Shown here: positions 27,901 to 40,641 of the stretch, piece after piece
Position numbering within the stretch: position 1 is the stretch's first letter
Layout of the letters: every line of letters begins with the position of its first letter
NCBI GenBank assembly: GCA_000004695.1
Contig: CM000152.2
Span: 608,001 to 672,000, forward strand
Source: Dictyostelium discoideum
Taxonomy: Eukaryota
Reading direction: 5' to 3'
Length of the DNA stretch: 64,000 nt
The notes under the pieces: model-generated
Seen by the model: only the letters and a program-made list of their open reading frames with translations
Told to the model about the DNA's origin: nothing
Databases searched by the model: none
Translations under genes and position numbers: made by a program

Positions 27901-28164
27901 CAATTGGTAAACCATGACAATCCCATCCAAAACGTCTTTCAACATGATGTCCAGTTTGATGAGCATAACGTGTGATTGTATCTTTAATTGTACCTGCTAA
28001 AATATGTCCATAATGTGGTAAACCTGTTGCAAATGGTGGTCCATCATAAAATGAATACTCTGGTTTACCTTCACTCATTTTTACTGAGGTTTCAAATGCT
28101 TTAATATCATCCCAATATTTTAAAATTTTTGATTCTTCTCCTGCAAAATCAATTTTTTGTGGAA
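24971..28164 (-). CDS. Isoleucyl-tRNA synthetase (cytoplasmic type), exon 2
   Basis: The class-I HIGH motif (PHYGH) and the KMSKS motif (KMSKRLKN) are both present. The ORF extends upstream of the ORF-track Met: VPQKIDFAGEESKILKYWDDIKAFETSVKMSEGKPEYSFYDGPPFATGLPHYGH matches human IARS1 (VPENINFPAEEEKILEFW...FTFYDGPPFATGLPHYGH). The acceptor is aaattttag|TT. Confidence 0.85.
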
Positions 28165-28349
28165 CTAAAATTTATTTAAAAAAAAAAAATTATTAATATG
28201 AATTTCTATTTTTATATTTTTTTTTTTTATTATTTTTTTTTTTTTTAATTTTTTTTTTTTTTTTTTTTTTAATAAGGGGGTATTTAAATTCAGATTTTAG
28301 AAAAAAAAAAAAAAAAGAAAAAAATCTTTTAGGATATTTTTTTTCTTAC

Positions 28350-28359
28350 CTTCTTCCAT
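28350..28359 (-). CDS. Isoleucyl-tRNA synthetase, exon 1 (10 nt)
   Basis: Reads ATG GAA GAA G|gtaagaaaaaaaa. Phase 1: G+TT gives Val, so the protein starts MEEVPQKIDF.... The intron is about 185 nt. Confidence 0.55.
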
Positions 28360-28656
28360 TTTATATAATTATATTTATTGTTTCTTAACAACAATTAAAC
28401 GTTTTTTTTAACGATTGTTGCTTTTTAAGAAAATTAAAATTGTAAAAAAAAAAAAAAAAAATTAAAAATAAAAAAAAATAAAAAAAAAAATGAAAAAAAA
28501 AAAAAAATGAAAAAATAAAAAAAAAAATAAAAAAAAAAAATGAAAATTTTATGAAATTCATTTCTTATACTTTTAACAAAAAGAAATAATAGAGAAAAAG
28601 GGAAAAACTTTTTTTTAATAAAAAAATAAAATAAAAATAAAAATTTAATCCCTGTT
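28360..28656. promoter_or_regulatory. Shared divergent promoter region between IleRS (-) and the TatD-family gene (+)
   Basis: This 297-bp interval is AT-rich, carries poly(T)/poly(A) tracts, and is flanked by two start codons pointing in opposite directions. Confidence 0.4.
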
Positions 28657-29763
28657 ATGATTAAAAGCGTTAAGTTATTAAAAACCATCTCAAAAACAAG
28701 TTTTATTTGTAATAATAATAAATTTATAGGAAATTATAATAATAATAATTTTATAAGAAAAATGAGTACCACAAATACAAATACTGCAAATAGTAGTAAT
28801 AATAATAATAATAATAATAATAATCAAAAACAAAAACAACAACAAAAACCAAAAAATAATGATAAAGGATGTTGTGATCCAAGTGTTAATCAACCAAAAT
28901 CTAAACAAAAACCAATTGATAATAGTAAAGCAAAATTGAATACACCAAAAGTTGTTGATATGGCGGAGGATGCAAAATATGTTGATTCACATGTACATGT
29001 TGACCAACTTTTAATAAGATTAAATAAATCATTAACAGATTTCCCACAATTTAAACAAGACAACTTTCCAAAACAATTTGAAAAATTAATTCAAGTTTGT
29101 TGTGATCCAGTATCGATAGAATATGCAGATTTCTTAATTGAAAACAATGAGTGTATCTATGGTGCCTATGGCGTCCACCCTCACAATGCCAAGGAATATA
29201 ATGACCAAATTGAGCAAAAACTAATAGACAGGATGAAATCAAATCCAAAAGTTGTGGCATGGGGCGAGATGGGGTTAGACTATTTTTACAATAAATCTTC
29301 AAATGACGAGCAAATCAATGCCTTCTCACGTCAATTGAAGCAGGCTGTCAAGTTGGGTAAACCATTGGTAATCCATAGTCGTGAGGCTGAGGAGGACACA
29401 TTGCGTCTCTTGAAGGAGTTGGTACCTGTTGATTATAAAATTCATATCCATTGTTTCACGTCCAATAGTGATTTCGCAAAACAATTACTTGACCATTTCC
29501 CAAATCTTTGTATTGGGTTCACTGGTTGCATCACTTTTAGAAACTCTCAATCAATCAGAGATAGCGTTGAAGCCGTGCCAATCGAACGTATCCTTTTGGA
29601 AACTGATGGTCCATATATGACACCTGAACCATTCCGTGGTCAAATTGCTCATTCTGGGCACATTCCAATGGTTGCAAATGCAATCTCTCAAATTAAAAAT
29701 ATACCCCTAGATCAAGTTTTAAAACAATGTAGAGAAAATACTACTAAAATTTATGGAATTTAA
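28657..29763 (+). CDS. TatD-family metal-dependent deoxyribonuclease
   Basis: Conserved TatD blocks are present: VDSHVHVDQL, YGVHPHNAKEY, WGEMGLDYFYN, VIHSREAEEDTL, IHCFTSNSDFAKQ, LLETDGPYMTPEPFRG. The basic N-terminal extension MIKSVKLLKTISKTSF is a possible organellar presequence. Confidence 0.8.
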   Translation: MIKSVKLLKTISKTSFICNNNKFIGNYNNNNFIRKMSTTNTNTANSSNNNNNNNNNQKQKQQQKPKNNDKGCCDPSVNQPKSKQKPIDNSKAKLNTPKVVDMAEDAKYVDSHVHVDQLLIRLNKSLTDFPQFKQDNFPKQFEKLIQVCCDPVSIEYADFLIENNECIYGAYGVHPHNAKEYNDQIEQKLIDRMKSNPKVVAWGEMGLDYFYNKSSNDEQINAFSRQLKQAVKLGKPLVIHSREAEEDTLRLLKELVPVDYKIHIHCFTSNSDFAKQLLDHFPNLCIGFTGCITFRNSQSIRDSVEAVPIERILLETDGPYMTPEPFRGQIAHSGHIPMVANAISQIKNIPLDQVLKQCRENTTKIYGI

Positions 29764-30456
29764 AAATAAAATAAAATCAAATAAATAAAAAAAAAAAAAA
29801 AAATAAAAAAAAAAAATAAATCAAACTAAACACAACAAATTCAAATGTTGTAAAAATGTTTATTATTTTTTGGGTTTTGCTACCAAAATAAAATTTTTAG
29901 TTTTTTAATCATTTTTACCACATTTGGGTTTGTTGTGTTCAATTTGGAATATTCAAAGAAAGATTTTTTTTTTTTTTTTTTTTTGGAATTTGAGGGTGTG
30001 GTGGGAAAAAAGATATTTTAAAACCGAGGAAGAAAAAAAAAAAAAAAAAAAAAAAATCTTTTTTGATTTTCCAATGCAAGATTTAAAAATAAAATTAAAT
30101 TATTTTTTTATTTATTTATTTTTTTTATAATCATTTTAAAAATAAATTTTTTAAAATAAAAAAAAAAATAAAAATTTATAAAGTGGTAATGAAAATTCTA
30201 TTGATAAATCGGATATTTTTTTAAAAATTTTATTTATTTTAATATTTGTGAAAGCCTCTTTAAATTTATTTAGTTTTTTTTATTTTTTTTTTATTTTTTT
30301 ATTTTTTTTTTTTTTGTCAGTTGGGATTTTTATTTAAATAATGAATATTGTTTAGAAAATTCAAAATATCATATTTTAAGATTCGGACAAAAAAAAAAAA
30401 AAAATTAAAAAAATAAAAAAAAATAAAAAAAATAAAATAAAATAAAATAAAAATTA

Positions 30457-30495
<39 letters not shown>

Positions 30496-30584
30496 GGGCA
30501 ATAAATCCTTTTTTTTTTTTTTTAATTTTTTTTTTTTATTTTTCATTATTTTTTTAATCATACAAATACAATATATCAAATAAA

Positions 30585-30677
30585 ATGAGATTATTATTAG
30601 CCCTCTTTTTCGTTCTTGCTTTAGTTTCCCCATCTTTCACCCAAGTTTGGTCAAATTGTGGTACTGCTGCCGATAAA
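30585..30677 (+). CDS. ML-domain (MD-2-related lipid recognition, Npc2-like) secreted protein, exon 1
   Basis: MRLLLALFFVLALVSPSFTQVWSNCGTAADK contains a signal peptide. The donor is AAA|gtatgt. Confidence 0.65.
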
Positions 30678-30854
30678 GTATGTAAAATTAATATTTTTTT
30701 CACTCCCTCAATTTTTACACACCCATCTCTAAAATTCGAGTGGTCTAAAAAAATAAAAAAAATTAAAAATAAACAATTCAAAATAAATTAGCTAACTTGA
30801 TTTTTTGGACAAATTATTAACTTCTTTTTTTATTTTTTATTTTTTATTTACTAG

Positions 30855-30914
30855 TTCCAAATTACCAATGTAGTATTAGACCCACCAACACCAGTTAAAG
30901 GACAAGATATCACA
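30855..30914 (+). CDS. ML-domain protein, exon 2
   Basis: Acceptor tttactag|TTC. Reads FQITNVVLDPPTPVKGQDIT. Donor ACA|gtaagt. Confidence 0.6.
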
Positions 30915-30917
30915 GTA

Positions 30918-30973
<56 letters not shown>

Positions 30974-31049
30974 CATTCGTTTGTAAATTTCTTTTTTTAA
31001 AACCCTTTTTTTCTAATTTTTATTTTTATTTATTTTTTATTTTTTATAG

Positions 31050-31322
31050 ATCAGTGCATCAGGTATTCTCGATGAAACCGTCACTGGTGGAAATGTTGCC
31101 GTTAAAGTCAAATATGGTTTCATTACACTTATCAATGAAAATGTTTCTATTTGCAGTTCTCAAGACCCATTAGCATGCCCAATTGCTGCTGGTGATTACC
31201 AAAAGAATATGACCGAAATGATTCCATCTGATGCTCCATCAGGTAAATACACTGGTAACGTTGTTATCACCGATCAAAACAATGCTGAAATCGCCTGTAT
31301 TGATGTTGATATTAACTTGTAA
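31050..31322 (+). CDS. ML-domain protein, exon 3
   Basis: Acceptor ttttatag|ATC. Reads ISASGILDETVTGGNVAVKVKYGFITLINENVSICSSQDPLACPIAAGDYQKNMTEMIPSDAPSGKYTGNVVITDQNNAEIACIDVDINL*. The spacing of Cys and Gly is typical of the ML/E1 domain. Confidence 0.65.
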   Translation: MSASGILDETVTGGNVAVKVKYGFITLINENVSICSSQDPLACPIAAGDYQKNMTEMIPSDAPSGKYTGNVVITDQNNAEIACIDVDINL

Positions 31323-31450
31323 ACGAATAAAATAAAATAAAATAAAATAAAAACACACCATCGATAAATTATTTATAAATTAAACACACCATTATACACA
31401 CACACACATATGTGTGTGTATATATTTTTTTATTTATTTCCAAAAATTAA

Positions 31451-32653
31451 TTAATCAGTACATTTAGTTTGTGGTATTTGGGTTGAATTTGGGAAATGAC
31501 GTGGTTGATTGAATAGTTGTTGACCAGTTTCAAATGTAATATATGTAATTGAGGTGACTTTATTCTTAATTGGATTATGAGTTAACTCGATTACTCTTGC
31601 ACCTCTTTCCCAAGTTCCATAACCACCATAACCACTATGTCTACCATAACACATTTTAATATTATCAAATATTGAACAGAAATCGTTTCCATGATTATGA
31701 CCCACCGATATCATTCTAATTCTACCAATTTCAACAAACTTTTTAAAAAGTCCCTCATTAGTTTTTTGACATGCGATTGAGTCATTATTAAATCCAAAGC
31801 AAACTCCGTAATTCCATACTAGCATATATTCTTGTAATGGTATATGAAAGAAGGCACCTTCCCATAATGGTAGTTTATCATTTTCATATTTTAATGTTTC
31901 ATTTTCGTACCATTGAATTTGCTCCTTTGTAATGAATGTATTGCATTGATAGCCATTTCCAAATTCTCTGTTTCTTTGGTTTTTACAATCATTTTCACCA
32001 TCGCCAGAGTCAAATAGCCATAATGTCGATAATATTCTGTCATTTTCATTTCCATAGATATTTAAATTGTAATTTGATACACCAGGTATTGAGATTGGAC
32101 CAAGTTTAGAAAGAGAGCCTAGTTTAATGTCTAATGAGATTAAGTCATATCTTGTACCATTATCATTTGAAGATAGGTCATCATGATTTCCAAATGTGAT
32201 TGCCCATGGTATATTTCTAGTTTTTGCCACATTGATTGCATTCTCCCAATATTTTGACACATTGCCATTAATATTATTACCAGTAATTAAATCACCTGTA
32301 AATAATATTAAATCAACATTTCCTTCTTTATCAATTATTTTATTCATCACAGCAGTACTATTTATATCTTGTTCTTTACCCCATGCCTCATTTTCACCTT
32401 CTCCAAAATGTAAATCTGTAAATTGAATAATTTTAAATTTATTATTTTTATTAAATCTTAATTTATTTTTATTTTCATTATTATCTTTATCAATATTAAT
32501 TTTGATTGTTATATGATTATTATTATTATTATTATTATTATTATTTTTTATTATTGATAAACTATCGGTAATTTGAACAAATAAATTTAAAAAAATCATT
32601 ACTGTTATTAGAGAAATTATTTTAATTATTTTGACATTTTGGGAATATTTCAT
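31451..32653 (-). CDS. Calcineurin-like metallophosphoesterase (Dcr2/purple-acid-phosphatase-like), single exon
   Basis: An N-terminal signal/TM segment is followed by phosphoesterase metal-ligand motifs: GDLITGNN, ITFGNHDD and VGHNHGNDF. Confidence 0.75.
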   Translation of the reverse strand: MKYSQNVKIIKIISLITVMIFLNLFVQITDSLSIIKNNNNNNNNNNHITIKINIDKDNNENKNKLRFNKNNKFKIIQFTDLHFGEGENEAWGKEQDINSTAVMNKIIDKEGNVDLILFTGDLITGNNINGNVSKYWENAINVAKTRNIPWAITFGNHDDLSSNDNGTRYDLISLDIKLGSLSKLGPISIPGVSNYNLNIYGNENDRILSTLWLFDSGDGENDCKNQRNREFGNGYQCNTFITKEQIQWYENETLKYENDKLPLWEGAFFHIPLQEYMLVWNYGVCFGFNNDSIACQKTNEGLFKKFVEIGRIRMISVGHNHGNDFCSIFDNIKMCYGRHSGYGGYGTWERGARVIELTHNPIKNKVTSITYITFETGQQLFNQPRHFPNSTQIPQTKCTD

Positions 32654-34011
32654 TTTTTTTTTTTTTGGTTTTTTTTTATTTGTTTTTTTTTATTTATTTG
32701 TTTTTTTTTATTTGTATATTGTGGTATCAATAGTTTGTAAATTGAATTTAAAAAATAAATAAAAGAAAAAAGTAAATACTTTCTTTATATTAAAAAAAAA
32801 AAAATTAAAGGGTGTGGGATTTAATTTAATTTTATTTTAATTTTTTATTTTTTTTTTTTTTATTATTTTTTTATTTTTATTTTTTTTTTTAATTCCAAAA
32901 AGACACATGAGTTCCAATTTCACATACTCCTCACTCTCTCACCCTTTTATTTTTTTTCTTTTGTTAAATTCACAACGTTTCGCTTTATTAACAAACCTAT
33001 TGCTCTTCCATATCATCATTTTGTAATTTTTTTTTCCTTAAAAATTACAACCTCATTTAATTAAATAATCTTTTTTCCAAATACATAAAAAAAAAAAAAA
33101 TAATAAAAAATAAAAAATAAAATAATAATAATAAAAATAAAGAAAAATTATCTTACAAATTACTATAAATAAATAGAATTTTTAAAATACGACTTATAAT
33201 TTCTAACAGAATACATTTTATTTTTATTTTATTTTATTTTTTTTTTTTTAAAAAAAAATATTATTTCCTCTCCACATACATTTTTTTATTATATTTTTAT
33301 TTATAATTTTAAATCAAAAATGGGTTTAAATTTATATATTGATTGTATAATATAATAATAATAATAATAATAAAAATAGAAATCACCTTTCAAAATTAGA
33401 GTTTAATTTTATCTTTTTATTTGGAAACTGATTTCTTTTAATTATTTTGTGCATGTGGGCATTCATTCCACCTTCTCCTAATTTATAATATTTTATTATA
33501 TTATTATTTTATTATTTTTTTGTATCAACTTTTTGAAGCACTCTTTTTCTTTTAAAATTTTTTTTTCTCCCAATTGGTTAATTGTTTACTATTTATTACT
33601 AATTTTAATATTTATTTTTGTTATTGTAAAAATCGATTTCATCTTGCGATCGCTATTTTTTATATTAATTAAAAAAAAAAAAAAAAAAATTATCATTATT
33701 ATTATTATTGGTGGTATGTGTTGTGGTAAAAAAAATTTTTATTTTTATTTTATTTATTTTATAATTTATTATAAAAATAATTCTAACAGTTTGTTTTTTT
33801 TTTATTAAAATTTTAATTATAACTTTCTCTATAGTAAAGAAAAGAAGTATTTAACAAATCTTTCAAAATTATTATTATTATTATTTATTTTATCTTTGGT
33901 AATCAGTCAGAATTCAATTTACTAATTTTATTAAAAGATTGATTTAATGGATTCGTATATTATTGTTGTTTAAACAAATTAAAACACCCCCTCCTTAACT
34001 CAAAATATAAT

Positions 34012-34042
<31 letters not shown>

Positions 34043-34962
34043 TAAAAATAAAGGTTTAATTCCAAAAGAAAAAAATTGAAAAAAAAAAAAAAAAAAAAAA
34101 AAAAATTATTGTTATTTTAAATAGAAATAGAGTAAAATAATGACAAATAATATTATTTATTTCAATTTCAAAATCATATCCAACCTCCAATTACTCTCTT
34201 CCTTTTTTTGTATCTATAATGATAATATTTTGTTTTGATATTAAATTGTTTAATTTGATTAATAAATAAATGTCTAAATTGTAACTTTCCTTTAAACACA
34301 TTTGTGTGAGTGGGTGTGTGAAAATGGGGGCCTTTTCTTTTTTTTTTTTTTTTTTTTAAAATTATAGATGACCTTTATAAAATCTAAAAAACCAAATTTA
34401 GGATACCCGATTGATATGATGCATTAGATTTTTATTATTAAAATAAATAAACTCTAAATAAAGAAAAATATATATATATGTATATATATATTAGTATATA
34501 AAAAAATAAACACATATAAAAACACTATTCCTACATATAAATTTTTTTTTTTTATATTTATTTATACACACACACTCAGATACTTTTTTTTTTTTTTTTT
34601 TATATTTTTTTATTTTTTTATTTTTTTTTTTAGTATAAATAAATACATATAATTATTTTTTTTTTAACCCCCAATTTGATTATTATACTTTTTTTATTTA
34701 ATCTACGGAATATTAAATAAATATTTTGTTTTTTTTATACTTGCATTTTTTCTTAAAACTTACTTTAATCTTTAAAATTATTATGATACTTTAATATTAT
34801 TGGGTATTTAATTCAATTTAATTTTATTTTTTTTATTTTAAAGGTTCTAAAAGATTACAAAGAAATAATTGGAATTTCTTTAAAATTAAAAAAATAATAG
34901 TAAAATTACGATTTACAATTCAATTAAATCAAATAAAATTGGATCAGTAGTAAAAATAAATT

Positions 34963-34998
34963 CTCACACATACTCTCTCTCTCTCTCTCTCCCTCTCT
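34963..34998. repeat. (CT)n dinucleotide microsatellite
   Basis: tctctctctctctctctccctctcta. Confidence 0.8.
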
Positions 34999-35313
34999 AA
35001 GTCAAATTCAAAATGGAATTTAAAATATTATTATTATTATTATATAAAATTTTAATAGATGGTACTTTACTTGAGGCAGTTTTTAATATTTATTATTTAT
35101 TTTTAAATTAAATATTTTTTTATAAAAAAAATCCTTATTTATCTATTACCGTCCTCTCTTTCATTTATTATTTCCCACTCTTTAACCAATTTTATTCATA
35201 AAATTTAAAAAATATTGGTATTTTTACATTTTTTTTTTTTTTTTTATCTTTAATGAAATATTAAAGTGATATTGAGTGTTTTCTTTTTATGTATATATTT
35301 ATATGTGTGTTGT

Positions 35314-35345
<32 letters not shown>

Positions 35346-35663
35346 TTTAATAAATAAATACGAGTGTTTAAACCTAAATAATATCAAAAAGTTTAATTTA
35401 ATGCGTTTAAAATAAAAACTACCACTATTTTAAAATATTATATAGACCATTACTACTACAATAATATTAATAAATATCACTACAAATCAATCAAAAAAAA
35501 AAAAAAAAAAAAAAAAAATAAAATAAAATTAAAAATAAAATAAAATAAAATAATTTAATAAAAAAAAAAAAAACAAAACAACCAGATAATATTATATCCA
35601 TTTTTTATTTCTTTTTATTATTATTATTATTTTTAATAAAAAAAAAGTAAAAAAACAAATAAT

Positions 35664-35702
<39 letters not shown>

Positions 35703-35984
35703 AAAAAAATACAAATATATATTTATTCAATTATTAATAAAAATATCATTACAAGTAAACTATTACTATATTTTTATAAAAATCAATATATATATATAAA
35801 TTAATTTAACGTGTATATAAAAATTTTAATTAGTGTGTGATTGTGTGTGTGCGATATTAAAGGATTATTAATAATAATAATAAAAAAAAATAGGAAATTA
35901 ATAAAAAATAAAAAAATAAAAAAAAAAAAAATAATTAATTAATGTATAAAAAAAAGTTATCTAGATTTTATAAAAATTAAAATA

Positions 35985-36104
<120 letters not shown>

Positions 36105-36151
36105 GAATTAAAATAAAAAAAAAAAAAATATATTTATTTATTTATTAAAAA

Positions 36152-36193
<42 letters not shown>

Positions 36194-36202
36194 TTAAAAA
36201 TA

Positions 36203-37126
36203 ATGAAAATTAAAAATAAAACAACAAAATGTTTTACAATAATACCTCCTTCTTTAACAACTTCAACAACAAAAAATATAAAATTAAGGAATTATAATTT
36301 AAATAATATTTATATTTTTTTAATTATAATTTTAATAAATTTAATAATGATTGAGCCAATAAAAAGTATGGAAAATCAAATTAATTTAACACCATTGGCA
36401 AGTATGCCAGTTCAACCATATTATATATTTCAACAAACTATAAATCATTTATCGTATGATACAATTGGCACATTTGAACAAAGATTTAGTGTCAATAAAA
36501 AGTTTGTACCGATTAATGGTAAACCCAAAGCTGTATTTTTTTTAGTAAGTGGTGAAGGACCTTTGAGTTCAGAGATTGTCAATCATAATCCATTCGTACA
36601 GATTGCCAATGAGACCCAAGCATTAATCGTTGCCTTAGAGTTACGTTACTATGGTGAAAGTATGCCATTCCTAAATATGAATAATAGTAATATGGCCTAC
36701 TTGACAACTGATCAAATATTAGAAGATTTGGCAACTTTTCAAGTATTCTTTACAAACAAGTATCAATTGAATGACATAAAATGGATAATAATGGGTTGTT
36801 CATATGCGGGTACTATCTCTGCTTGGTATCGTTTAAAGTATCCTCATCTGGTGACTGCCGCCATCGCTTCTTCGTCTCCATTTCGTGCGGAATTACGTTT
36901 CACAGAGTATGATGTCAAAGTTAGACAAAATTTAGGTGCTCCGTGTAGTAAGGCCTTTAAAAACCTATTCTCCTACATCGAGCATCTAATGATTAAAAAT
37001 AATAGTTATGTTAAATCAAAATTCACTTGTGAAAGACAATTAGATGATCGTATGTTCCTATATCTCTTATCTGAAGCTTTAACCTATTCTGTCCAATATG
37101 ATGCAAGATTTAAAATTATATCTGGT
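36203..37126 (+). CDS. Peptidase S28 family serine carboxypeptidase (prolylcarboxypeptidase / DPP7-like), exon 1
   Basis: A hydrophobic N-terminus is followed by YYIFQQTINHLSYDTIGTFEQRF...FLVSGEGP...LELRYYGESMPF...IIMGCSYAGTISAWYRLKYPHLV. GCSYAG is the S28 nucleophile elbow. The donor is GGT|gtatga. Confidence 0.75.
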
Positions 37127-37232
37127 GTATGATTAATTATTTAATTATTTAATTAATTAAAAAAAATATATATAATATTTTATTAATTTACTTTTTTTTT
37201 TTTATTTTTTATATTTTTAATATATTTTATAG

Positions 37233-37689
37233 TTTTGTCCAAAATTTGTAAAATTAACCAATAGTTCAGAAGCATTATTAGATATGTTTTCATCCTATGT
37301 AAAGAATATGTTTTTATTTCAAAATGTCTCATGTGATGCTTATAATTTATACGAGTTTGCAAGTAATGAAATTGACTATTCTGGTACACGTTCTTGGACA
37401 TGGCAATTATGTAGAGAGTATGGTTGGTTTATGGTACCATCAGGACCAGACTCTTTTAAACCACAATCATTGGGTGAATGTTGGTGGCAAAATGATGTTT
37501 GTAAAACATTATATGGTAGAGCAATGAGACCAACCGTTGATCGTATTAATATGGTCTATGGTTCAACAAATTTTAAATATATAAGTAATGTTTTATTCAC
37601 AAATTGTGGTAATGATCCTTGGAGTACCCTTTCAATTGATCCATCTGTTTCCTTACCATTTTCACAACAAATTCATATACCTGGTGAAT
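37233..37689 (+). CDS. S28 peptidase, exon 2
   Basis: Acceptor ttttatag|TTT. Reads FCPKFVKLTNSSEALLDMFSSYVKNMFLFQNVSCDAYNLYEFASNEIDYSGTRSWTWQLCREYGWF...NCGNDPWSTLSI...IHIPGE. The donor is GAA T|gtaatt. The alternative donor CCT G|gtgaat at 37683 cannot be excluded. Confidence 0.6.
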
Positions 37690-37779
37690 GTAATTATAAT
37701 ATTTATTATTTATTATTATTTATATATTTAAATTTATTTTAATTTTTATTAATTTTATTTATTAATTTTATTTTTATAG

Positions 37780-38299
37780 CTCATTGTGCAAATTGGTTAT
37801 CTGAACAACCAAGTGACTCAATAGAGTTAAAGAATGCAAGAGCATTGGCAAATTCATTCCTAAGACAATTTATAAGACCAGATTGTGATGAAAATGATTG
37901 TAGTACAAAGAATGGGTTATGTATTGCCAAAAAGTTAACTGATTTACAAGCTACATCCGTTTGTATTTCAAATGGGAAAATTCAAATTTCAAATCAATTA
38001 AAAAATCAATTAAATATAATGAAAGAGAATGGTACTACTAGCACAACAACAACATCAAATAATGGTAATCCTTCAACTACAAGTAATTCAAATAATAATA
38101 GTATAAATAACGAAAATAATTTATCATCACATGCCGGTAATAGTATGGATGTCGATGAGGATGACCAAAGAGAAGTTTGCTCCAGTAATGGTTCAATGTC
38201 TTCTTCTTCACCATCTAAAAATTCATTATATTTTACAAATACTCTTGCATTAACAACTACTTTATCATTTATTTCAATATTATCGACTCTAATTTTAAT

Positions 38300-38306
<7 letters not shown>
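37780..38306 (+). CDS. S28 peptidase, exon 3
   Basis: Reads SHCANWLSEQPSDSIELKNARALANSFLRQFI... with the catalytic His in a GxxHC context. A Ser/Thr/Asn-rich linker is followed by the hydrophobic C-terminus LALTTTLSFISILSTLILIL*. Confidence 0.65.
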
Positions 38307-38347
<41 letters not shown>

Positions 38348-39252
38348 AAAAAAAAAAAAAAAAAAATGATTAAAGAAAGAAAAAAAAAAAAAAAACATCA
38401 ATAAGTTTTATGTATAGTATTTATACAATTATTTATGGTGTTTATTTATTTTTTTGGTATGAAAAAAAAAAACTGATTAAAATTTATGGAAAAAAAAAAA
38501 AAATAAAAAAAAAAAAAAATAAAAAAAAGGTATTCTTTTTTTTTTTTTTTTATCTTTTTTTTTTTTTGTATTTCTTTTTTAAAAAAAATAAAAAAAATAA
38601 AAAATATTTAAAAAATTTAAAAAGAAAATAAACAATCTTTTTACCAATTGTTCATATATATGTGTTTAAAAGTATTTTATTTAAATTAAAATTAACATAA
38701 AAAAAAAAAAAGACTTAATCGCCAATATATTATTTTTTAACAATATTAAAAAAAGATATTCAATAATAATATATTTTGAAGTATTGTTTTGTAGTAATAA
38801 TCTTGTGATTTTAATTTTGTCACAATTGTTTTATTTCCAAAAAAATTTTAATTTTAACCAGTTTTTTCATTTAATAAAAGTCAAATGAAGTTCAAAATTT
38901 CCAGAATAATTAATTATTACTCAAAATCTCAAAATAAAATAAATAAATAAATATAAAAACAAAAAAAAAAAAAAAAAAAAAAAAAAATCAGATATTTTTT
39001 TTGGGAATACCACTGGTAACCTCGAAAAAAAAAAAAAAAAAAATTTTTTGATTTGTTGGAATAAAAATAAAATTAAAAATAAAAAAAAAAAAAATAAAAA
39101 AAAATACTAATTAAAAAAAAAAACAAATAAATCAAACAATAACTTCCTTTTATATAATTTTCAAATGTTAACATCATAATTGTTGATGGACACAGTAAAC
39201 CACTTAAAATTATTTGTTTTTTTTTGTTTTTTTTTTTATTTAATTTTTTAAT

Positions 39253-39296
<44 letters not shown>

Positions 39297-39785
39297 ATTT
39301 TTTTTTATTTTTTTTTTTATTTTTTTTTTTTTTCAGAAATTAATTTTTTTTTTTTTTTCACACAAAGGGTTGACACACCACATTTAATTGTAGATAGAAG
39401 AAGAAAAAAAAAAAAAAAAAAAAATCTTAGATAAACAATTATAATTTATATATAGGAAATTTATGTTTATATATTATAATAAAAAAAATAAATATCAATT
39501 ATAAATAACTAAAATAATATAAAATAATAATAATATTGCCACAGAATCTCATTTGGTCCCTAATAAATTCAATTTGGTCTAAAAGTATAAAAATACAAAA
39601 TTTTTTTTTTTTTTTTTAAAATAAAAAAAAAAAAAAAAATAAAAAAAAATAAAAAATATAAAATTGTAAAAATTATACAATTCTTTCTTTTTTTATTATC
39701 CTTAAAGGGTGATAATATAACAATTTAATAATATAATAATAATAATTATAATAAAAATAAGAAATAATAAATAATAAAAAATTTT

Positions 39786-39816
<31 letters not shown>

Positions 39817-39937
39817 GTTCTTTTAAAAAAATAAAAATAAAAAAAAAAATTCAGCAGTTCAAATCAATCGTGTATAATAAAATAAAATAATAATAATAAA
39901 TAATAAATAATAATAATAATAAATAGAAAACTTAAGA

Positions 39938-40079
39938 ATGAATGGAAATAAAAAGATTATAAATCAAATCATTAGGAATGTTGTTCAACAAAACAGTATA
40001 CCCGATGGTACAATGCCAAGTGCAGAGGCATCTTTTGCACTAAATAAATATTTGGATGATCCAAATACTGTAGATTTAG
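39938..40079 (+). CDS. Large unknown protein (about 1150 aa, 5 exons), exon 1
   Basis: Reads MNGNKKIINQIIRNVVQQNSIPDGTMPSAEASFALNKYLDDPNTVDL. The donor is TTA G|gtatgt. Confidence 0.5.
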
Positions 40080-40246
40080 GTATGTTTATACAATTACTAA
40101 TAATAATCATTTATTCTCTATATTATAAATTATTATATATTAATATATTGAATTAATTTTTTCAACTCTAAAATTTTAACACCACACATACATACACACA
40201 TACACACACACACACCACATATAATTAGTTTATATAAATTTAATAG

Positions 40247-40559
40247 AAAGAATTAGAAATGAAAGATCAAATTATGAACAGGTGTTATCAAGAATATTAA
40301 AATTAATAAAGAATAATATAGCAATACATCCACCTTCATGTCAGATATTACTAGATTTGGATAGTTTTTTCTTATTACTTTCGCCTACTTGTGGTTTATT
40401 GGTTCAAAAAACAATTACATATATAAGAGCACTCATTGCTAACCAAGTTAAACAAAACCCAAGTTATGATCACATAAAGAAAACTTTGGTTTTAAATAAT
40501 AATAATATAAATAATAATAGTTTAAATAATAGTCATGGTATTGAGCATAGGTATTTTTT
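40247..40559 (+). CDS. Large unknown protein, exon 2
   Basis: The acceptor taatag|AA restores the GAA codon. Reads ERIRNERSNYEQVLSRILKLIKNNIAIHPPSCQILLDLDSFFLLLSPTCGLLVQKTITYIRALIANQVKQNPSYDHIKK...GIEH. The donor is CAT AG|gtattt. Confidence 0.5.
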
Positions 40560-40641
40560 ATATTTATAAAATCTTCAAAAAAAAAAAAAAAAAATATTTT
40601 ACTTATATATTTTTAAAAATTTTATTTTTATTTATTAAAAG

